From Alphaproteobacteria bacterium (lineage in GTDB: Bacteria > Pseudomonadota > Alphaproteobacteria > SHVP01): DNA of 64,000 nt. Under the pieces are notes generated by a model. The model did no database searches and was not told the DNA's origin. It saw only the letters and a program-made list of their open reading frames with translations. The position numbers were made by a program, and so were the translations under genes. Location of the stretch: the NCBI GenBank assembly GCA_016869765.1, contig VGES01000018.1, positions 1,307 through 65,306 of the forward strand. The letters are read 5' to 3'. Position 1 is the stretch's first letter. Each line of letters opens with the position of its first letter. Shown piece by piece: positions 27,810 to 39,768 of the stretch.

Positions 27810-28379
27810 TCACACGTCATCCCAATCGACGTAGGTAACCTTGGGCCACAGCGGTCGCCAACGTGCCACCTTGCGCTCGTAGATTTCTTTGGTGATCTGT
27901 CGCTTGTTCGGCCGCACGACGAGATTGAACAGGTCTTCGAGGCCGAAAGGGGCCAGCACCGTCAGGCCCGCGCCATCGGGCCGTACCCCCAGGGACACGG
28001 TCGTCGGCCAACGCGCCGCCGCGTCGGCCATGGTGAGCGCCGGAGGAACCTCGTAACCGAACTTTTCCCGATACCACAGGTGAACCCGCGCCTGGTTCTT
28101 GACGTCGACCTTGAGCGACATCGCCAACGCTTGACGGACCCGTTGCTCGCACGCCGCCTCCTGCGCCGCGTCGAGATCGCTGCTGAAGTAGCAGATGTCG
28201 AGATCGACGATACCGTGGTGCGCCGGCAAGCCAAACGCGTCGTTCCACACCGTCTGAGCGACAACCCCGGCGCTCAGATACCAATCGGGGAGATCGATCT
28301 CACGCGCCCGATCGAACACGGTGCGGACATACGCGCTGCGCCGCAGGCTGGCGTTCAGGCGCTCGACCACAAGCGTCAT
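27810..28379 (-). CDS. nucleotidyltransferase-family protein (NTP_transf_6/DUF925-like)
   Basis: The ATG at 28377-28379 gives a 189-aa product MTLVVERLNASLRRSAYVRTVFDRAREIDLPDWYLSAGVV...DLDICYF. The 386-aa ORF in the track is an artefact. Its start overlaps the upstream creatininase-family stop by 4 bp. Confidence 0.55.
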   Translation of the reverse strand: MTLVVERLNASLRRSAYVRTVFDRAREIDLPDWYLSAGVVAQTVWNDAFGLPAHHGIVDLDICYFSSDLDAAQEAACEQRVRQALAMSLKVDVKNQARVHLWYREKFGYEVPPALTMADAAARWPTTVSLGVRPDGAGLTVLAPFGLEDLFNLVVRPNKRQITKEIYERKVARWRPLWPKVTYVDWDDV

Positions 28380-29095
28380 CCGGCGAGAAATTGCGCGTAG
28401 TCTTCGACCACGTCCTCGACGGCCGATGCGAAGATCGCCGCGCCGTGGGCCGGGGTCGCCAATGCCGGGTCGGAACCGACGCGGCCGTCCGGGTAGCGCG
28501 CGCGGTATTCCTCGGGCGAGCGATAGGATTGCGCTGCCGGCGCGACGCCCTCGGTCGGCATCGATTTGATCGCTGCGGGAAACAAATGCTGCGTCACCGC
28601 AATCTCGCTCGGCGTCGCGTGCACGCCCTCGCGATCGCCATAGAGCTCGCGACGCAGAGCCGCCGTGCGCCGGCCCATCCACCAGTTGACGGCGCGGGCT
28701 CGCACGCCGCCCTCGCCTGCTTCGCTGGTCTTCGCCCATTCGCGGAGCGCCGCGATGTTGCCGCCGTGACCGTTTACGACGTAGAAGGCGCGAAACCCGT
28801 GGCGCCGCAGCGATTGCGCGTAGTCGTTCATCGCCGCCAGGAAGGTCTCGCGCGAAAAGCTGAGCGAACCGGCAAACGCCAGATGATGCTCGGCGACGCC
28901 GACCGGCAGCACCGGTCCGACGAGCGCGGCGAGGCGCGTTGCCGCGGCCTGGGCGATGGCCTCGGCGCACAGGGAATCGGTGCCGATCAACCCGGATGGA
29001 CCGTGCTGCTCGGTCGAGCCCACCGGAATCAGAATGCCGGTCGAGCGCGTGAGGTAGGCGTCGATCTCGGGCCAGGTGGCGAGGTCGAGCCGCAT
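28376..29095 (-). CDS. creatininase-family amidohydrolase
   Basis: It has the creatinine-amidohydrolase-family motifs (ILIPVGSTEQHGP...VNGHGGN). Confidence 0.75.
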   Translation of the reverse strand: MRLDLATWPEIDAYLTRSTGILIPVGSTEQHGPSGLIGTDSLCAEAIAQAAATRLAALVGPVLPVGVAEHHLAFAGSLSFSRETFLAAMNDYAQSLRRHGFRAFYVVNGHGGNIAALREWAKTSEAGEGGVRARAVNWWMGRRTAALRRELYGDREGVHATPSEIAVTQHLFPAAIKSMPTEGVAPAAQSYRSPEEYRARYPDGRVGSDPALATPAHGAAIFASAVEDVVEDYAQFLAG

Positions 29096-29100
29096 CGCCC

Positions 29101-29595
29101 CTAGAGCAGCCGCTTGGCGCGCAGTTCTACGTCGAAGAAGCGCCCGCCCGAGCGGATCGCCCGTCGTTCGATGCCGTAGAGCTTGTAGCCGACACGATCC
29201 AGGAACCGACGCGTGCGCCGGTTCTTGTCGACGACGCGGACGTTGATCACGTCGAACTTTTCGCGGGCGAACCCTTCGATCGCATCGATGAGTTCCATCG
29301 CCAGCCCTTTGCCGCGTAACGGTTCACGCAGATAGAGACCCCACATCTCGGCCTTGTGGCGCGCCCCGGGACTCAACACGGGTCGCAGGGCGCTGAAGCC
29401 CACGAGCTTGCCCTTGCGGAATGCCCCGAACACCGCGCCTTTGGTCAGGCGCTTCTTGAAGTGCGACAGCGGGCGCTTTTCGATCGACGCACAAAACGCT
29501 TCGTACATCTCGGGCTCCGCTTTGAGAGCCTCGATCCAGATGGTGCGCAACTTCTTGGCGTCGCTCTCCCCGAGCTGACGAATCACCCCGGCCAT
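29101..29595 (-). CDS. GNAT-family N-acetyltransferase
   Basis: It has the acetyl-CoA-binding motif region (LYLREPLRGKGLAMELIDAIEGFA). The likely start is M32 (MAGVIRQL); the N-terminal 31 aa of the ORF in the track are probably not translated. Confidence 0.7.
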   Translation of the reverse strand: MAGVIRQLGESDAKKLRTIWIEALKAEPEMYEAFCASIEKRPLSHFKKRLTKGAVFGAFRKGKLVGFSALRPVLSPGARHKAEMWGLYLREPLRGKGLAMELIDAIEGFAREKFDVINVRVVDKNRRTRRFLDRVGYKLYGIERRAIRSGGRFFDVELRAKRLL

Positions 29596-29743
29596 TGGAC
29601 CCCTTCCTCCCCCGGCACGATTGTGGTCGGAACCTGTACTCGCGGCAACCTTGCGTGTGGCCCGGGGCGGCCTTGATAATGCCGCCAACGAACCGTGGCG
29701 GTGACAATCGTCACTCCGCGGGCCACAAACGAAGGGGGAGGGA

Positions 29744-31675
<1,932 letters not shown>

Positions 31676-31924
31676 GAGGTCCTCCCCCGCGACGCGGGGG
31701 AGGCAGTCCCGCGAAGCGGGACGGAGGGGGCGGCGATCCGCGAACCTTGCGAGGGGTGGAGCGCCAGTTTCGTGCAGCAGTGCGACACCAAACCCCCTCC
31801 CGGCGCTTCGCGCCGACCTCCCCCGCGGCGCGGGGGAGGATTCCAAGAACTCTCCCCCCACGTTTGCGTGGGGGGTGGAGCGCCGACGGCGCGACAGCGA
31901 GCGAAGCGAGCGTGGGGGGACGCG
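31676..31924. repeat. REP-like GC-rich intergenic repeat cluster (copy C, composite of several hairpin units)
   Basis: It contains the hairpins CCTCCCCCGCGACGCGGGGGAGG, GTCCCGCGAAGCGGGAC, CCTCCCGGCGCTTCGCGCCGACCTCCCCCGCGGCGCGGGGGAGG and CTCCCCCCACGTTTGCGTGGGGGGTGGAG. It fills the entire acs–DUF1674 intergenic region. Confidence 0.7.
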
Positions 31925-32107
31925 TCAGAAATCCACGCAAAGGCCTTTGCGTTCCCAGTCGCCGTAGCGCGTTGGTTCGAGGCCCTTGGGGCCGCCGATC
32001 TCTTTCGGCCTGTCCACCGCCGTTGCCTTCGCCGCCGGTGCGGGTGGGGGCGGCGCGGCGGGTTTCTCCCCGGTCGGTGTCGGCGTGGCGCGGTTCTTGG
32101 CGTCCAT
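31925..32107 (-). CDS. DUF1674 small protein (SDHAF4-like)
   Basis: The ATG at 32105-32107 gives a 60-aa product ending PKEIGGPKGLEPTRYGDWERKGLCVDF, the conserved DUF1674 C-terminal block. Confidence 0.6.
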   Translation of the reverse strand: MDAKNRATPTPTGEKPAAPPPPAPAAKATAVDRPKEIGGPKGLEPTRYGDWERKGLCVDF

Positions 32108-32145
32108 GAGTCGCGTCTTTCGTAGCGGCTGCCTATGATAGCGCC

Positions 32146-33027
32146 ATGGGGCGCACCCTGCACGGGACGCCCCCAAGGTTCCGTTTCTCCATGAGTCACG
32201 CGCGCACTGCGACCCTGCTTGCCGGCCTGACGAGCGTCCTCTTGGGCGTGGGCGTGACCCTGGCCGGACCATCGGGCGGCCTCGCCGCGCTGTTGCTCTC
32301 GGCCCTCGTTCACGGGCTCCTGTTGTGGCGCGCCGAGCGCCTCGTGCTCGGGCGCCTACCGCACATCACGACGACACGCCAGAGCCACCCGGTGCTCCTG
32401 AGCCTGGTCGAGCGCCTGGCCCGCCGCGCGGGGATCGAGGCGACGCGCCTTGTCTTGATCGAATCGGACGTGCCCAACGCCTTCGCCATGGTGCCGCGCC
32501 AGGGTCTGGTGACGATCGCGCTCACGCGTGGCCTCGTCTCGGTCCTGCGGCGCGAAGAACTGGCGGGCGTGGTCGGCCACGAGTTGGCGCACGCGCTCCG
32601 GCGCGATGCGTGGTGGCTGACCATTTCGGCCTTCGCGACCGGCGCCGGCTCGGCGCTCGTCGTTCATGCGGTGCCGATGATGTTCCCGCCGGCCGACCCG
32701 GCGACGCCGCTGGCGCTCTTCTGCACGGCGGCGCTCTTGGCCGTGTTGCTGCAAATGGCGATGAGCCGGCAGCGTGAACTCGGCGCCGATGCGCTGGGGG
32801 CCAAGCTGTGCGGCACGCCGCTCGCGGTCGCAGGCGCGCTCGAGCGTCTCGAGCGACTGTGGATCGACGACGACCCGCCGCCGTGGCGATTGGGCCACCC
32901 GGCGGTGACTCGATTGGTGGGCGCCGGACGACACGCTGTCGCCGATCTGTTCTCGACGCATCCGCCGTCGAGCGAACGCTTGCGCCGCCTCTGGGCCATG
33001 GCGGGTGCCGGTGAACGCTGGGGCTGA
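32146..33027 (+). CDS. M48-family zinc metalloprotease (HtpX-like)
   Basis: It has a HELAH zinc motif (VVGHELAHAL), TM helices and a downstream glutamate region. The start is probably M16 (32191). Confidence 0.75.
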   Translation: MGRTLHGTPPRFRFSMSHARTATLLAGLTSVLLGVGVTLAGPSGGLAALLLSALVHGLLLWRAERLVLGRLPHITTTRQSHPVLLSLVERLARRAGIEATRLVLIESDVPNAFAMVPRQGLVTIALTRGLVSVLRREELAGVVGHELAHALRRDAWWLTISAFATGAGSALVVHAVPMMFPPADPATPLALFCTAALLAVLLQMAMSRQRELGADALGAKLCGTPLAVAGALERLERLWIDDDPPPWRLGHPAVTRLVGAGRHAVADLFSTHPPSSERLRRLWAMAGAGERWG

Positions 33028-34327
33028 CGGACTGGCGAGTCGGCGCCTCGCACTTGCGCTCCTGCATCGGGTCCTCGCCAAGCACCAGCCGTTCCAGGAC
33101 GCCTGGGACGCCGCCCTGGCCGATCCGTTGAGACGCCTCAGCAACCTCGATCCCCGCGACCGCGCATTCGTGCGCCTCCTGGTTCTGACCGTGCTGCGCC
33201 GGCTGCGCGTCCTCGACCGTCTGATCGATGCACGCTGCGAGCGCCCAAACCTGGCGCCGCCGATCCGGGCGCTGCTGCGCCTGGGTGCCGCCCAGTTGGT
33301 CTTCCTGGGCACGCCCGCCCACGCCGCCACGGCGACGACGATGGCGCTCGCCGCGCGCGAGCCCAAGCCTCAGCGCGCGTTCATCAACGCGCTCCTCCGT
33401 CGCATCGCCCTCGATTCCGAATCGATCCGTGGCAAACCGCTCGATCGCGACACGCTTCCCGATTGGCTCGCGCGATCCTGGACCGCGGCCTATGGTCCGG
33501 AACGCGCCGCGGCCATCGCGATGAGCCTCCTGGCCGAACCGCCACTGGACTTGACGCCCAATGCGGCCCATCCGGACACGGCCTGGCAGACCGCGTTGGG
33601 GGGCGCTCCCTTGCCGACCGGATCGATCCGTTGCCGCCACCAGGGCGCGATCGAATCGATCCCCGGGTTCGCCGCAGGCGCGTGGTGGGTGCAGGACGCC
33701 GCCGCCGCCCTGCCGGCAAAGCTCCTGGTCAAGAGTCTGGCCCCGAAGGCTTCCGTCGTCGATCTCTGCGCCGCGCCCGGTGGCAAGACGATGCAGCTCG
33801 CAGCCGCGGGACTTCTGGTAACCGCGATCGATCGCTCATCCCGCCGCCTCGCCACCTTGGCCGCGAACCTCGCGCGCACCGGCCTCAGCGCCACGTTGGT
33901 CGAGGCCGACGCCCTCACCTGGAAGCCGGAGCGCCCGGCCGATGGCGTGCTGCTGGACGCGCCGTGCTCGGCCACCGGCACCTTGCGCCGCCATCCCGAC
34001 ATTGCCTACCTCAAGGACGTCGAGGACGTCGCCGCCCAGGCAGCGCAGCAGCGGCGGTTCGTCATGGCGGCGGCCGGCATGCTGAAGGCGGGCGGAGTCT
34101 TGATTTACGCGGTGTGTTCCTTGCAACCCGAGGAGGGCGAGCTGATCGCCGAGTGGGTTCGCCGCGGCGGCGTCGATGGGCTCGAACCCTGGCCGATCAA
34201 GGCCACCGAGATCGGCGGCGATCGTGATTGGCGGACTGCGGCCGGCGAGGTCCGGACGTTGCCGTGCCATTGGCGCGACCGCGGCGGCCTCGATGGGTTC
34301 TTCGTCGCCCGATTCCGTCGACGCTGA
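33005..34327 (+). CDS. rsmB: 16S rRNA (cytosine-C5) methyltransferase RsmB/Sun family
   Basis: It has a NusB-like N-domain, the SAM motif VDLCAAPGGKT and the catalytic DAPCSATGTLRRHPD and VYAVCSL motifs. Confidence 0.85.
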   Translation: MPVNAGADGLASRRLALALLHRVLAKHQPFQDAWDAALADPLRRLSNLDPRDRAFVRLLVLTVLRRLRVLDRLIDARCERPNLAPPIRALLRLGAAQLVFLGTPAHAATATTMALAAREPKPQRAFINALLRRIALDSESIRGKPLDRDTLPDWLARSWTAAYGPERAAAIAMSLLAEPPLDLTPNAAHPDTAWQTALGGAPLPTGSIRCRHQGAIESIPGFAAGAWWVQDAAAALPAKLLVKSLAPKASVVDLCAAPGGKTMQLAAAGLLVTAIDRSSRRLATLAANLARTGLSATLVEADALTWKPERPADGVLLDAPCSATGTLRRHPDIAYLKDVEDVAAQAAQQRRFVMAAAGMLKAGGVLIYAVCSLQPEEGELIAEWVRRGGVDGLEPWPIKATEIGGDRDWRTAAGEVRTLPCHWRDRGGLDGFFVARFRRR

Positions 34328-34371
34328 GACGCCCGTCCTTGCAGGCGAATCGGGGAGTTGGTAGAGAGAAT

Positions 34372-35038
34372 CATGACTCGCGCCGTCCGGATCGCCCCTT
34401 CGATCCTCGCCGCCGACTTCTCCAAACTTGGTGACGAACTCAAGGCTGTCGAGGCGGCGGGCGCCGACCTGATCCACATCGATGTCATGGACGGGCACTT
34501 CGTCCCCAACCTGACCATCGGACCTTCGGTGGTCGCGGCGCTGCGCCCGCACAGCGCGCGACCGTTCGACGTGCATCTGATGATCGCGCCGGTCGATCCG
34601 TTGATCCCGGCGTTCGTCAAAGCCGGCGCCGACATCATCACCGTCCACCCGGAAGCCGGTCCGCACGTCCACCGCACGCTGCAACTGATCCGCCAGTCGG
34701 GGAAGAAGGCTGGCCTGTCGCTCAATCCCGGCACGCCGGTCGATGTCGTCGATCCGGTGTTGGGCGACCTCGACCTCATTCTCGTCATGACCGTCAACCC
34801 GGGCTTCGGCGGCCAGTCGATGATCGCGAGCCAGCTCGACAAGGTGCGGGCCCTGCGCAAACGCATCGACGCGTCGGGCCGCACGATTGCCCTCGAGGTC
34901 GACGGCGGTGTTACCGCCGACAACGCGGCCCAGGTGATCGCCGCCGGCGCCGACGTGCTGGTCGCCGGCACCGCAACGTTTGCCGGCGGCCCCGGCGCCT
35001 ACGCACGCAACATCGCCCGCCTCCGGGGCGGCGCATGA
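34372..35038 (+). CDS. rpe: ribulose-phosphate 3-epimerase
   Basis: It has [10 protein letters not shown]...[14 protein letters not shown]...[10 protein letters not shown], the canonical Rpe motifs. Confidence 0.9.
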
Positions 35039-36708
35039 CCTCGGACACGGCCGACCTCATCGGCCCGCCTCAGGCGCGCGCCCGACTGGCATCCGCGCGC
35101 CAACGGCCGCCGCTCCGGGAGCGGCTGCGCACGTTTTTCTATCGCGGCAAACTGTACCGCGCATGGCTCGACCGCGCGCCGCTGCCGAGCATCCAACATG
35201 CCCTACGCGAGCCGTGGCTCGGCCGCCTGTCGACCGCCAACGCGCTGTTCCAAGGGCGTTTCACGTTCCACGGCCATACCGTCCAGGCGCCCAACCGCTC
35301 CCCCTGGGCCGTCGAGGAACCCCTATCGTGGTTCGAGGCGCTCCACGGGTTTTCCTGGCTGCGGCACTTCCAGCTCGCGAGCGGTCTCACCTCGCGCCAG
35401 CATGCGCGCGAGCTCGTCCGCAGTTGGATCCACGACTTCGGCGACTTCGAACCGTGTGCGTGGCGCGCGCCCGTGTTGGCGCAGCGCGTGCTCGCCTGGT
35501 CCATCGCCCACGAGTTCCTGTTGTTCGAGTCGGACGAGTCGTTTCGCCGCGTGTTCAAGAACTCGCTCGCCCGTCAGGCCCGTCACCTGGCGCGGACCGC
35601 GCCGCGCGTTCAAGGTCAGGATCGTCTCGACGTGGCGGTCGCCGTGACCCTGGTCGGCGAAACGATGAATCATGGCCGCTGGGCGCGACGCGGGCGGCAG
35701 TCGGTCGAAGCGGCCCTCGCGGACGAGTTGCTGGTGGACGGCGGTCACCGTTCGCGCAACCCGCAGCGTACCCATGCCGCCTTGCGAACGCTCGTGACGT
35801 TGCGCGACGGGTTGGCGTCGCTCGGGGTCGAGCTGCCGTCGTGGCTGCCGGAGCGGATCGAGGCCACCGCATCCGTGTTGCGCTTGATCCGTCACGGCGA
35901 CGGAGCGCTCGCGATCTTCCATGGCGCACGCGAGGATGAGCCCCAGCGCCTCGATGAAAGCTTGCGCGTGGCCGAGAGCAAGCCACGGGCGAGCGGGTCG
36001 GCCGGCGACAGCGGCTTCGAGCGCCTCACCTGCGGTCGGTTGGTTGCGGTGATCGACACCTCGAGCGCCGGACCATTTCGCTCGCCGCTCGCCTTCGAGC
36101 TTTCGATCGGGCGCGACCGCCTGATCGTCAACTGCGGGTGTTATGCCGGCGGGGACGAGGCCTGGGCCCGCGCCGCCGAATCGACCGCCGCGCACTCGAC
36201 CCTGGGGATCGACGATCGCAACGCCGAATGCGTCGCCGCGAGCGATCCGCTGCTGGCCCAGCCGCTCCGCGGTGAAGAAGGCACGAGCGTTTGGCTCGAG
36301 GCGAGCCACATCGGTTACGTGCGACGCTTCGGGCTACGTCATCGCCGACGCCTGCACGCCAGCAAGGACGGCTACGAACTCGTGGGCGAAGACAGCTTGA
36401 GCCTCGTGCAATCTGCCGACGGGCGGGCGCCCGCGGGCGTCGATCGTGCGGCGAATGCCACGATCCGGCTGCACCTCCACCCCGGTGTCTCGGCCTCACT
36501 GGTCCGCTACGGCAAGGAAGTCCTGATGCGGCTGCCGTCGGGCGCGGGCTGGATGTTCGAAGCGACCCAGGGGGCGCTAGCGCTTGAAGAGAGCGTTTAC
36601 CTCGGTCAGGCGCCTGAAGCGCGGCGCACGCAGCAGATCGTCTTGACGCTGCCGATTGGCGAAGCGGGGCTGGACGTCACCTGGCGCCTGGCGCGGGTCG
36701 AGGACTAG
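35035..36708 (+). CDS. heparinase II/III-family protein (conserved alphaproteobacterial homolog usually adjacent to purH)
   Basis: It is a 557-aa protein with a heparinase II/III-like C-terminal region. Its ATGA overlaps the rpe stop. Confidence 0.65.
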   Translation: MTSDTADLIGPPQARARLASARQRPPLRERLRTFFYRGKLYRAWLDRAPLPSIQHALREPWLGRLSTANALFQGRFTFHGHTVQAPNRSPWAVEEPLSWFEALHGFSWLRHFQLASGLTSRQHARELVRSWIHDFGDFEPCAWRAPVLAQRVLAWSIAHEFLLFESDESFRRVFKNSLARQARHLARTAPRVQGQDRLDVAVAVTLVGETMNHGRWARRGRQSVEAALADELLVDGGHRSRNPQRTHAALRTLVTLRDGLASLGVELPSWLPERIEATASVLRLIRHGDGALAIFHGAREDEPQRLDESLRVAESKPRASGSAGDSGFERLTCGRLVAVIDTSSAGPFRSPLAFELSIGRDRLIVNCGCYAGGDEAWARAAESTAAHSTLGIDDRNAECVAASDPLLAQPLRGEEGTSVWLEASHIGYVRRFGLRHRRRLHASKDGYELVGEDSLSLVQSADGRAPAGVDRAANATIRLHLHPGVSASLVRYGKEVLMRLPSGAGWMFEATQGALALEESVYLGQAPEARRTQQIVLTLPIGEAGLDVTWRLARVED

Positions 36709-36725
36709 GTCCATTCGAACGCGCG

Positions 36726-37994
36726 CTAAAGTTCCCAACGCGCCAGATTTTCGGGCAGGCGGACGCGCCGCCACAGACCTTTGACGTCGGCCACAAGTCC
36801 ACCCGGGCGAACCAGCTGACCGAGCCGCTCGGCCGTCATCGCCTGGTACTCGGCGTGCGCGACCGCCCCCACGACCACGTCGTATCCGGTCGCGCCCGCG
36901 AGCGAGGGGAGCAATTTTTCGCCGTAGTGTTCTTCGGCTTCGCCGGCATCGGCCATCGGGTCGTGCACGTCGACGCTGAGCCCAGCCTCGCGCAGACCGC
37001 GCACGACGTCGATCACCTTGGTGTTGCGCAGGTCGGGGACGTTCTCCTTGAAGGTGAACCCGAGGACGAGGGCGCGCTTGCCCGTCCCGACCCGCTTGGC
37101 GATCTCACGAGCGACGAAGCCGCCCATGCCGTCGTTGATCCGACGCCCCGCGAGAATCACCGCAGGATCGTGGCCGAGTTCGATCGCGCGCGTCGCCAGG
37201 TAATACGGATCGACGCCGATGCAATGACCGCCGACCAGGCCGGGCCGAAAGTCGAGGAAGTTCCACTTGGTCTTGGCCGCCGCGAGCACGTCGCTCGCGT
37301 TCAAGCCTAGGCGATGGAAGATCATCGTCACTTCGTTGATGAAGGCGATATTGATGTCGCGCTGGGCGTTCTCGATGACCTTGGCGGCTTCCGCCGTTTT
37401 GATGCTCTTGGCGCGAAACACGCCGCCCGTCGTGACGGCGCCATAGACCTTGGCGAGCGTCTCGACGACGGCGTCTGTTTGCCCGGCGATCACCTTGGTG
37501 ATGCGATCGACGGTATGTTCGCGATCACCCGGATTGATACGTTCGGGCGAATAGCCGAGGAAGAAATCCCGACCAGCCTCGAGGCCGGACTCGCGCTCCA
37601 GAATCGGCCCACAGATGTCCTCGGTAACGCCGGGATACACCGTGCTCTCGAACACGACGATGGCGCCCTTGCCGAGGTGGCGACCCACCGTGATCGACGC
37701 CGCGCGCACCGGTCCCAGATCGGGCTGGTTGGCGTCATCGACCGGTGTCGGCACCGTGACGATGTAGAGGTCGTGACTCTCGAGGCACGCCGGATCGGCC
37801 GTTACGACGAGCGCGCTGGTCCTGAGCGCATCGGTCGGCACCTCGCCGGTACGATCGTGCCCCGCTGCGATTTCGGCCACGCGACCCAGGGCGATGTCGA
37901 ACCCAACGACGACGAAGTGTCGCGCCAGAGCGACGGCGAGGGGCAGGCCGACATAGCCCAGCCCAATGACGGCGATCTTTAGGGAATTGGTCAT
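36726..37994 (-). CDS. UDP-N-acetyl-D-glucosamine 6-dehydrogenase-like nucleotide-sugar dehydrogenase (WbpA/TviB/WbpO family)
   Basis: The ATG at 37992-37994 gives MTNSLKIAVIGLGYVGLPLAVALA with a UDP-glucose/GDP-mannose dehydrogenase family fold and catalytic GGHCIGVDP. It is divergent from the rest of the island. Confidence 0.8.
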   Translation of the reverse strand: MTNSLKIAVIGLGYVGLPLAVALARHFVVVGFDIALGRVAEIAAGHDRTGEVPTDALRTSALVVTADPACLESHDLYIVTVPTPVDDANQPDLGPVRAASITVGRHLGKGAIVVFESTVYPGVTEDICGPILERESGLEAGRDFFLGYSPERINPGDREHTVDRITKVIAGQTDAVVETLAKVYGAVTTGGVFRAKSIKTAEAAKVIENAQRDINIAFINEVTMIFHRLGLNASDVLAAAKTKWNFLDFRPGLVGGHCIGVDPYYLATRAIELGHDPAVILAGRRINDGMGGFVAREIAKRVGTGKRALVLGFTFKENVPDLRNTKVIDVVRGLREAGLSVDVHDPMADAGEAEEHYGEKLLPSLAGATGYDVVVGAVAHAEYQAMTAERLGQLVRPGGLVADVKGLWRRVRLPENLARWEL

Positions 37995-38109
37995 GCGGGT
38001 GCGGCGCTTCGTACCGGCCGGGGTCGGCGCTGTCAAACCGGCCTCGTCCACACCCAGGTTTCGCTTGACGGCGCCACGCCGGCGATGCGACACCTAGAGT
38101 GTTCATGGC

Positions 38110-39768
38110 GTGAACACTGTCGACGAATTGTCCGCCACCATCGCGGTCGTCGCGCCAAACGGCCATCAACGCGTTGTCTCACTGAGGATTTCCAGCCTGA
38201 CCTCCAAGCCGAGAATCGCCGTCGCGGGATGCGGGTACTGGGGGCGCAACCTCGTCCGCAACATGGCCAAGGCCGGAGTCTTGGCCGCGGTGTGCGACAG
38301 CAATCGAACGTTGCGCGAGGCGATCGCCACCGAATTCCAGGCTCCGGGTCGCGAGTGGTCCGAGGTTCTGGCCGATCCGACGATCGCCGGCGTGGTGATC
38401 GCGGCGCCGGCCGTGCACCACGCGACGCTCGCCCGCGAGGCGCTCGACGCCGGTAAGCACGCGTTCGTCGAGAAGCCGCTCGCGCTCGACGAGCGCGATG
38501 CCGAGGCGTTGTGCGACCTTGCGGCGGCCAAGGGGCGCACGCTGATGGTGGGCCACCTGCTGCAATACCACCCGGCGTTCCTGAAATTGAAGGAACTCGT
38601 GTCGGCCGGTCGGCTCGGGCGTCTGCAGTACATCTACTCGAATCGGCTGAACCTGGGGAAGGTCCGCCGCGAAGAGAACATCCTGTGGAGCTTCGCGCCG
38701 CACGACATTTCCATGATCCTGTCGCTTGCTGGCGACATGCCGCAGACCGTGATCGCGACCGGGGCCGCGTACTTGCATCGCGAGATCGCCGACGTGACGA
38801 CGACGCATTTGACGTTCGCCTCGGGCCTCAATGCCCACGTCTTCGTGTCCTGGCTGCACCCGTTCAAGGAACAGAAGCTGGTCGTCGTCGGCGACCGCGG
38901 CATGGCCGTGTTCGATGATGGCCGCCCGTGGGCGGAAAAAGTCCTGCTCTACCCGCACCGCGTCGATTGGAAGGACGGCCAGCCGGTGCCCAATCGCGCC
39001 GAAGCCGAGCCCGTCGTTCTCGACGAAGCCGAGCCGCTCGCGCTCGAATGCGCGCATTTCCTCGACTGCATCGCCGGCCGGACGACACCCCGCACCGATG
39101 GCGAGGAAGGGACGCGGGTGCTTCGCGTGTTGCGCGCAGCCGATCGATCGATCCAGGAGAAACGCCCGATCGCGCTCGCGGCGGCGAGCGCTGCGCCAAG
39201 CGCCCATCCCGGCGCAACGATCCACCCGACCGCGTTCGTGGACAGCCCGGCCCAAATCGGCGCCGGCACCAAGATTTGGCACTTCAGTCACGTGCTCGGA
39301 CATACCAGCATCGGGCGCGACTGCGTCATCGGCCAGAACGTGATGATTGGGCCACGGGTCTCCGTGGGTGATCGCTGCAAGATCCAGAACAACGTCAGCA
39401 TCTACCAGGGCGTGACGCTCGAGGACGGCGTGTTCTGCGGCCCCTCGATGGTGTTTACCAACGTGCTCAACCCGCGCGCCGAGGTCGAGCGCAAGAACGA
39501 GTTCCTGCCGACCCTGGTCAGGCGCGGCACGACCATCGGCGCCAACGCGACGATCGTCTGCGGTACGACGCTCGGCGCCTACAGCTTCATCGCCGCCGGC
39601 GCCGTGGTGACCAAGGACGTGCCCGATCACGGCCTGATGGCCGGCGTACCGGCGCGGCGGATCGGCTGGGTGTCGCATGCCGGGGAACGCCTGGGCGAAG
39701 ACTGGACGTGCCCGCGCACCGGGCAACGCTATCGCGAACGACAGGGACGACTGGAGGAGATCACGTGA
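38110..39768 (+). CDS. fusion protein: Gfo/Idh/MocA oxidoreductase (WbpB/WlbA-like UDP-GlcNAcA 3-dehydrogenase) + left-handed-beta-helix N-acetyltransferase (WbpD/WlbB-like)
   Basis: The N-terminal ~330 aa form a Rossmann GFO_IDH_MocA domain ([15 protein letters not shown]...[10 protein letters not shown]), and the C-terminal ~200 aa carry hexapeptide repeats ([52 protein letters not shown]). The two are joined in a single ORF. Confidence 0.75.
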   Translation: MNTVDELSATIAVVAPNGHQRVVSLRISSLTSKPRIAVAGCGYWGRNLVRNMAKAGVLAAVCDSNRTLREAIATEFQAPGREWSEVLADPTIAGVVIAAPAVHHATLAREALDAGKHAFVEKPLALDERDAEALCDLAAAKGRTLMVGHLLQYHPAFLKLKELVSAGRLGRLQYIYSNRLNLGKVRREENILWSFAPHDISMILSLAGDMPQTVIATGAAYLHREIADVTTTHLTFASGLNAHVFVSWLHPFKEQKLVVVGDRGMAVFDDGRPWAEKVLLYPHRVDWKDGQPVPNRAEAEPVVLDEAEPLALECAHFLDCIAGRTTPRTDGEEGTRVLRVLRAADRSIQEKRPIALAAASAAPSAHPGATIHPTAFVDSPAQIGAGTKIWHFSHVLGHTSIGRDCVIGQNVMIGPRVSVGDRCKIQNNVSIYQGVTLEDGVFCGPSMVFTNVLNPRAEVERKNEFLPTLVRRGTTIGANATIVCGTTLGAYSFIAAGAVVTKDVPDHGLMAGVPARRIGWVSHAGERLGEDWTCPRTGQRYRERQGRLEEIT

